DNA from: an uncultured Bacillales bacterium
GTDB taxonomy: Bacteria; Bacillota_I; Bacilli_A; RFN20; CAG-826
NCBI GenBank assembly: GCA_946612115.1
Contig: CAMOEI010000001.1
Coordinates: 130,936-194,935 of the forward strand
Length of the DNA: 64,000 nucleotides
Reading direction: 5' to 3'
Shown here: piece after piece, positions 59,172-64,000 of the stretch
Numbering within the stretch: position 1 is the stretch's first letter
Layout of the letters: the number at the start of each line of letters is the position of its first letter
The notes under the pieces: model-generated
Databases searched by the model: none
What the model was told of the DNA's origin: nothing
What the model saw: only the letters and a program-made list of their open reading frames with translations
Position numbers and translations under genes: made by a program

Positions 59172-61106
59172 TTATTTGACCTCCTTGATAAATGTATCGA
59201 CTTTATTAAAGTCGACATTCTCTTCAACCCACTGTTTTCTTAAACTTGCATCTCTACCCATGAGGATATTAACACGCTTTTCAACGAGGAATGGATCATT
59301 GATATCAACTTGAATGAGGAGTCTAGTTCTTGGGTCCATAGTTGTTTCTTTAAGTTGAATAGCATCCATTTCACCAAGACCTTTATAACGGTTAATTTTA
59401 TATCCGGCACCGACCTTCTTTTTCGCAGCTTCAAGTTGAGCGTCATCCCAAGCGTATTCTTGGATTAATTGACGATTCACTTCTTTAAAAACACGATATA
59501 AAGGTGGGACAGCGATATAAATATGACCGCTTGTTATAAGCTGCCTCATATAGTGATAGAAGAATGTCAGCAAAAGAGTTTGAATATGAGCACCATCGGT
59601 ATCAGCATCAGTCATGATGATGATTTTGCCATAATGGATATCTTCAATATCAAAACTCTGTCCAAAACCTGCACCAACTGTGTTAATAATTGTTGCGATT
59701 TCTTCGTTGTGCAATAATTTTTCCATTGAAATAGAATCTGTATTAAGCGGTTTACCACGTAGTGGTAAGATTGCTTGATGGATTCTATCTCTTCCTTTTT
59801 TTGCAGTTCCTCCAGCGGAATCACCCTCGACGATAAAGAGCTCGTTTTTAAGGTAGTCTTTAGATTGAGCAGGAGTGAGTTTATCAGAAAGAATTACTTC
59901 TTGTTTGGCTTTTTTAGAACTTCTTGCTTCATCTTTCGCTTTTCTTGCAGCAAGTCTTGCTTGCTGGCTATCAACACACTTCTTAATGATATTGATCGCG
60001 TTTTCTTTATTTTCAGTAAGATAATAAGTAAACTTATTATAAATTAAATTAGAAACAACTTGATAGGCTGCTGGAGTACCTAATTTTCCTTTGGTTTGAC
60101 CTTCAAATTCCAATAATTCTTCAGGGACTTTTAAGGAAACAATTGCAGTTAATCCTTCACGAATATCACTGCCTTCAAGTTTCTTTCCTTTGAGTAAATT
60201 TGCCATTTCGGCAAAATCGTTGACCGCTCTAGTGATACCAGCTCTAAATCCAGATTCGTGTGTACCACCATCACCGGTTTTAACATTGTTAACGTAAGAA
60301 TATACAACTTCGTTGTAATCTTCGTAGCAATATTGAATTGCAATTTCAGTTTCAATATTGGTAATTGGATCAATTTCAGAAAAACTTACCACATCGATGA
60401 TTGGTTTTTTCTCGGCGTTGAGGAGATTAATATACTCCACCAAGCCTTTTTCGTAATAATATTCTTGTTTTTGACCGGTCTTTTCATCAACAATGATGAA
60501 ACGAACTCCTTTCATCAAAAACGCAGATTCTTGCAAGTGAGAGGAAATAGTATCAAATTTAAAATCGACGGTTGAGAAAATTGCAGGATCAGGGAGGAAT
60601 CTAACAAGTGTTCCATGCTTTTTGGTGTCTCCAATTCTTTCAAGAGGAGTAACCATGTGACCTCCGTTTTCAAAGCGTAAATGATAAATACCACCGTTTC
60701 TATAAACGGTGACATCGCACATTAAACTTAAAGCATTGGTTACCGAAGCACCAACACCATGGAGTCCACCAGCACTTTTATAGACAGAGGAATTAAACTT
60801 ACCACCAGCGTGTAATTCTGTGAAAACAATTTCCACACCAGGGCGTCCAGTTTCCTTATTAATGTCAACTGGAATACCTCTACCTTCATCTAAAACAGAG
60901 CAACTTCCATCCTTATGAAGAGTGACGATAATTTGACTTCCGAATCCACTTAAAGCTTCATCGACAGCGTTATCGACAACTTCCCAAACAAGGTGATGGA
61001 GACCACTTGAATTTGTGCTTCCGATATACATTGCAGGTCTTTTACGAACACCTTCAAGGCCTTGCAAAATGTGAATATCATTTGCAGTATATTGTCTCTC
61101 CGCCAT
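59172..61106 (-). CDS. parE: type II topoisomerase B subunit; assigned ParE (GyrB not excluded)
   Basis: GHKL ATPase (..HLVWEVVDNAVDEAL.., GLHGVGASV), transducer, TOPRIM (EGDSAGG), PLYRGK-like C-terminal motif. 644 aa. Confidence 0.7.
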   Translation of the reverse strand: MAERQYTANDIHILQGLEGVRKRPAMYIGSTNSSGLHHLVWEVVDNAVDEALSGFGSQIIVTLHKDGSCSVLDEGRGIPVDINKETGRPGVEIVFTELHAGGKFNSSVYKSAGGLHGVGASVTNALSLMCDVTVYRNGGIYHLRFENGGHMVTPLERIGDTKKHGTLVRFLPDPAIFSTVDFKFDTISSHLQESAFLMKGVRFIIVDEKTGQKQEYYYEKGLVEYINLLNAEKKPIIDVVSFSEIDPITNIETEIAIQYCYEDYNEVVYSYVNNVKTGDGGTHESGFRAGITRAVNDFAEMANLLKGKKLEGSDIREGLTAIVSLKVPEELLEFEGQTKGKLGTPAAYQVVSNLIYNKFTYYLTENKENAINIIKKCVDSQQARLAARKAKDEARSSKKAKQEVILSDKLTPAQSKDYLKNELFIVEGDSAGGTAKKGRDRIHQAILPLRGKPLNTDSISMEKLLHNEEIATIINTVGAGFGQSFDIEDIHYGKIIIMTDADTDGAHIQTLLLTFFYHYMRQLITSGHIYIAVPPLYRVFKEVNRQLIQEYAWDDAQLEAAKKKVGAGYKINRYKGLGEMDAIQLKETTMDPRTRLLIQVDINDPFLVEKRVNILMGRDASLRKQWVEENVDFNKVDTFIKEVK

Positions 61107-61191
61107 ACTATACCTCCTTTGCTGAGGACAATTATAAACGGAAAATATTGAAAATATAAAGCAATTTAGTAGAATAGATAAAGGTCAAAAA

Positions 61192-61953
61192 ATGGATATT
61201 ATTTTATATAATATAGGTCTTGCAATTTTAATAACAATCATCGGATATTTCTTTGGCGCAATCCCAAATGGTATTTGGATTGGAAAACTATTTTTTAAGA
61301 AAGATCCTCGTGATTATGGAAGCAAAAACAGCGGTGCGACCAATGTTGGCAGAGTTTTTGGCAAAAAAGTAGGTGCAATTTGCATCCTGTTAGACGCAAT
61401 CAAGGTAATCATTCCGATTTACTTAGTTTGGTTGTTTATGATTAAAGTGCCGATGTATAACAATTTACCTTTAATGGCAGATATCCAGACCAAATACACA
61501 GTTGGTGATGCAAATTACCTAGTTAGATGGCCGATGTATTGGCTAGTCATTTTAGGCGCAAGTATTGGTCACTGCTATCCAATTTATGAACAATTTAAAG
61601 GAGGAAAAAACGTTTCAACGTTTTATGGCTCTTTATTAGGTTCAACTTGGCTATTAGGATTACCGACCGTTGCATTTTTCGTTATTATCTTAAAGCTCAA
61701 AAAATACGTCTCATTATCAAGCATTCTTAGCTCTTGGTTTGGAACTATATTAGCGTGGATTTGGGCAATTTTATCTCTTACAGTAATCCCTGTCGAATAC
61801 ATTAGTCTAGCAACTTATGGCGTTTGTCTAGACTGCAATTATATCTTCGCAATTGTCATCACTTTATCGGCGATGATTTTAACCTTAAGGCACTCACAGA
61901 ACATCCAAAGAATCAAAGCCGGAACCGAAAGCAAGATTAAATGGATGAAATAA
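61192..61953 (+). CDS. plsY: glycerol-3-phosphate acyltransferase PlsY
   Basis: SKNSGATNVGR motif. 5-6 TM. 253 aa. Confidence 0.8.
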   Translation: MDIILYNIGLAILITIIGYFFGAIPNGIWIGKLFFKKDPRDYGSKNSGATNVGRVFGKKVGAICILLDAIKVIIPIYLVWLFMIKVPMYNNLPLMADIQTKYTVGDANYLVRWPMYWLVILGASIGHCYPIYEQFKGGKNVSTFYGSLLGSTWLLGLPTVAFFVIILKLKKYVSLSSILSSWFGTILAWIWAILSLTVIPVEYISLATYGVCLDCNYIFAIVITLSAMILTLRHSQNIQRIKAGTESKIKWMK

Positions 61954-61956
61954 TCG

Positions 61957-61985
61957 ATTAGTATTAAATTAGTAATTATTTAGTA
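61957..61985 (-). repeat. three ATTAGTA/TTTAGTA heptamers (reverse complement TACTAAT/TACTAAA) with exact 11-bp phasing immediately after the plsY stop
   Basis: ATTAGTA at 61957 and 61968, TTTAGTA at 61979. Confidence 0.6.
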
Positions 61986-62005
61986 TTTATATCAATATGT
62001 GAATT

Positions 62006-62042
62006 AGGTTTTCCACAATATGACGAAAACCTATTTTTATTA
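62006..62042 (+). terminator. rho-independent terminator of plsY
   Basis: aggttttc-cacaatatgac-gaaaacct followed by atttttatta. Confidence 0.65.
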
Positions 62043-62152
62043 TCAATCACTATATAATAGTGTACATTTGGTTTTTCATTGACTTTTAGGCGTTTTAGGA
62101 CGTTTTTATAGCTTGTTCGAGGAATTGCTCCACCTCAGCTGTTTTAAGCCAT

Positions 62153-62192
62153 AAAAAAGCACCGTTTTTATTAATTACGGTGCATTTTATTA
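62153..62192. terminator. bidirectional terminator downstream of the UPF0154 gene (- strand); possible 3' end of a + strand small transcript
   Basis: aaaaaa-gcaccgt-ttttattaatt-acggtgc-attttatt. Confidence 0.6.
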
Positions 62193-62209
62193 TAACCTAT
62201 TTAGATAAG

Positions 62210-62431
62210 TTATTTTTGTTGCCTTTTAACAGCGTTCATTGTTCTTAAAATGTCCGCTTCTGAAGGCTTTTTACCCATGCTCATGTATAGAGCTCTAATC
62301 ATTCCTTCATTAATTGGAGGATTCTTTTCAAGTTGTCTTTTGAAATAGAATCTCGCTCCGAAGAATCCGGCGACTAATCCGACCACTAAGGCAACAACGA
62401 TAAGTCCAATTGCTAATCCAACTGACATCAT
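62210..62431 (-). CDS. yneF: UPF0154 (YneF-like) small membrane protein
   Basis: 73 aa with an N-terminal TM then KNPPINEGMIRALYMSMGKKPSE, which is the YneF family signature. Confidence 0.7.
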   Translation of the reverse strand: MMSVGLAIGLIVVALVVGLVAGFFGARFYFKRQLEKNPPINEGMIRALYMSMGKKPSEADILRTMNAVKRQQK

Positions 62432-62445
62432 ATTCTCGTTATCTC

Positions 62446-63003
62446 CTAGGCTCTTCCGTCGTAATCACCATTGTCTGTTCTTACAAGAACAGTTTCACCT
62501 TCTTCGATGAATAATGGGACTCTAACTTTTAAACCGGTCTCAAGTTCAGCATCTTTCATTGCTTTATTAACTGTGTCACCTCTAATAGCTGGTTCGCAGT
62601 GTGTAATTTTTAAAGCAACCTTTGCTGGTAAGTTGATACCAAGGATTTCTCCTTCATAACTGGTAATTTCAACGATTTCTTCGCCTTTTAAGAAGTTCAT
62701 TTCCCAAGTTAATCTTTCTTTATTGATTTCAACTTGTTCATATGTTTCTTGATCCATGAAGCAAAGAGCATCTCCAGTATCATATAGATACTGCATTTGA
62801 CGCTTGTCTAATCTAATGGTTTCGATAGCGTATCCACTATTGCGAGCCATTTCTGTGACAGCACCACTACGAAGATTTTTGACTTTGACTTTTGCGACCA
62901 TCTTTCTCATCGCAGTTTTATTTAATAAAATGTCTAAAACTTGATAGATGTTACCTTCTTCGATGAAATAATTACCAGGTCTTAATTCAGTAACGTTAAC
63001 CAT
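62446..63003 (-). CDS. efp: elongation factor P
   Basis: MVNVTELRPGNYF..., KOW-like N-domain with the conserved modifiable loop (..KPGKG-like RSGAV..), two OB domains. 185 aa. Confidence 0.9.
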   Translation of the reverse strand: MVNVTELRPGNYFIEEGNIYQVLDILLNKTAMRKMVAKVKVKNLRSGAVTEMARNSGYAIETIRLDKRQMQYLYDTGDALCFMDQETYEQVEINKERLTWEMNFLKGEEIVEITSYEGEILGINLPAKVALKITHCEPAIRGDTVNKAMKDAELETGLKVRVPLFIEEGETVLVRTDNGDYDGRA

Positions 63004-63051
63004 AATTTAATTCCTTTCTTTATAAATTCCATTTGGTATTATACCAAATAA

Positions 63052-63687
63052 TTAATTAGTTAAAAAGTGGTTAAATTTAAGCTCGAATTCCATGGAGGAA
63101 TTTTGACCATGTCCAGGATACACTTTTGTTTCTTTTGGAAGGGTCTTGAGTTTTTCTAATGAAGCGTTAACCTTTCGATGATCTCCAGTTGGCAAATCAT
63201 CTCTTCCAATCGACATATAAAATAGAGTGTCTCCAGAAATAAGTACTTTATTATTTATAAAATAATAGCAAACACTGCCTTCTGTATGAAACGGGGTGTG
63301 TATCACTTTAATTTGTTCTTCTTTTAATAAGTTTAAAACCTCTCCATCTTTGATGGTTTTAGGTTCTTTTTCCACTACGCACTGTGTATCTTCAAAATAA
63401 GAGCAATTGAGTTTTGGATTTGTTAATAAACTAACGTCATTTTCATGAATATAGATCTCGATGTCATATTCGTTAACTAGTCTATTAACTCCTCTTATAT
63501 GGTCAAAATGACCATGAGTTAATAAAATGGCTATTGGTTTTAAAGAATTCTTCTTAAGATAGTTGATAACACTATCGTTATCTTGAGAAGGATCAATTAT
63601 GATGGCAGAGTTATCAGCATCGCTTACAACGTAAGTGTTCGCAGATAGGTCATCATAATCGTTATAGAAGAATTTTTCGAATTTCAT
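63052..63687 (-). CDS. MBL-fold metallo-hydrolase
   Basis: HxHxDH motif LTHGHFDHIRG, plus later His/Asp ligands. 211 aa. Confidence 0.75.
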   Translation of the reverse strand: MKFEKFFYNDYDDLSANTYVVSDADNSAIIIDPSQDNDSVINYLKKNSLKPIAILLTHGHFDHIRGVNRLVNEYDIEIYIHENDVSLLTNPKLNCSYFEDTQCVVEKEPKTIKDGEVLNLLKEEQIKVIHTPFHTEGSVCYYFINNKVLISGDTLFYMSIGRDDLPTGDHRKVNASLEKLKTLPKETKVYPGHGQNSSMEFELKFNHFLTN

Positions 63688-63720
63688 TTTTTCAAATAGA
63701 AAAAAATAGGGATGACCCTA

Positions 63721-63885
63721 TTATTTTTTCTTCTCACGGTGAAGTGTTTTCTTTTGACAACGTGGGCAATATTTTTGTTTTTCTAAGCGATCAGGATTTG
63801 CCTTTTTATTTTTAGATGTGAGGTAGTTTTCTTCACCACATTCTGTACATTTTAATGTAATTGAGATTCTTTCTTCTTTTGCCAT
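63721..63885 (-). CDS. rpmG: 50S ribosomal protein L33 (not in the supplied ORF track; below size cutoff)
   Basis: Reverse-complement translation [53 protein letters not shown], a Cys4 zinc-ribbon L33. GGAGA RBS upstream at about 63893. Confidence 0.8.
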   Translation of the reverse strand: MAKEERISITLKCTECGEENYLTSKNKKANPDRLEKQKYCPRCQKKTLHREKKK

Positions 63886-64000
63886 TGGATAGTCTCCTTA
63901 AATCGCTGAATATATTAACACATCAAATTGAATAATAAAAGTATATTTTTATTACTCACGATGCTAAAATACACGATATGAGAAAAAGAAACGAAACTCG

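Noticed and set aside
56527-61106. Type II topoisomerase pair as GyrB/GyrA.
   Set aside because: The pair is adjacent and divergent to plsY, matching the Bacillota plsY-parE-parC arrangement. gyrBA normally sits next to dnaA, dnaN and recF, which are absent here. ParE/ParC is therefore preferred, but this cannot be proven without a GyrA-box analysis.
1-64000. Mycoplasma-type genetic code (TGA=Trp).
   Set aside because: Long conserved proteins (ValS 862 aa, Lon 776 aa, SecDF 899 aa) are uninterrupted under the standard code. TGA is used as a genuine stop, for example in the TGATG junction at 26401-26405. Standard code 11 applies.
1-64000. CRISPR arrays, tRNA or rRNA genes, IS elements and prophage genes.
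   Set aside because: No regularly spaced direct repeats 24-40 bp long. No tRNA-like GTTCGAATC T-arm or cloverleaf candidates seen in intergenic regions. No transposase or phage structural genes. None could be supported.

Overview
This 64-kb window is a low-GC Bacillota/Mollicutes-like chromosomal segment, best matched by an Acholeplasma- or Erysipelotrichia-type genome. It uses the standard genetic code: TGA acts as a stop, and long housekeeping proteins read through uninterrupted. Most of it is densely packed housekeeping genes in syntenies also seen in Bacillus subtilis: tig-lon-engB, T-box-valS, rplU-prp-rpmA-obg, ruvAB, secDF-recJ-relA-hisS-aspS, tkt, nusB-xseAB-dxs, dinB-xerD-deoB, yqeG-yqeH-yhbY-nadD/yqeK, parC-parE/plsY, and efp/rpmG. 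No tRNA or rRNA genes, CRISPR array, transposase or prophage were found. The non-routine content is of five kinds. (1) At 1.9-6.1 kb there is an accessory-looking module: an amine-oxidase/phytoene-desaturase-superfamily flavoprotein, a GT8 glycosyltransferase fused to a PlsC-type acyltransferase, and a translationally coupled CrtO-like membrane acyltransferase. This is a candidate (carotenoid/lipid) glycoside-ester biosynthesis system. It is followed by an amino-sugar module with an unusual HTH(XRE)::GlmM fusion, a stand-alone GlmU-type LbH acetyltransferase and NagB, and then lipid genes (Y_phosphatase3 PTP, DagK-like kinase, PlsC, alpha/beta hydrolase). (2) At 13.6-16.1 kb a 612-aa membrane protein of unknown fold sits immediately upstream of a LemA-family protein, next to a reverse rubrerythrin. 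(3) A heptamer TACTAAT (or close variants) occurs as 2-3 tandem copies with exact 11-bp phasing at four separate intergenic sites. (4) A near-consensus CRP/FNR box lies in the divergent promoter region between a Crp/Fnr regulator and an ATPase-less ABC importer operon. (5) Several small hydrophobic-peptide ORFs are coupled to housekeeping genes (upstream of radC, and between nadE and ruvA), and a 301-aa unknown protein is start/stop-coupled to rarA.
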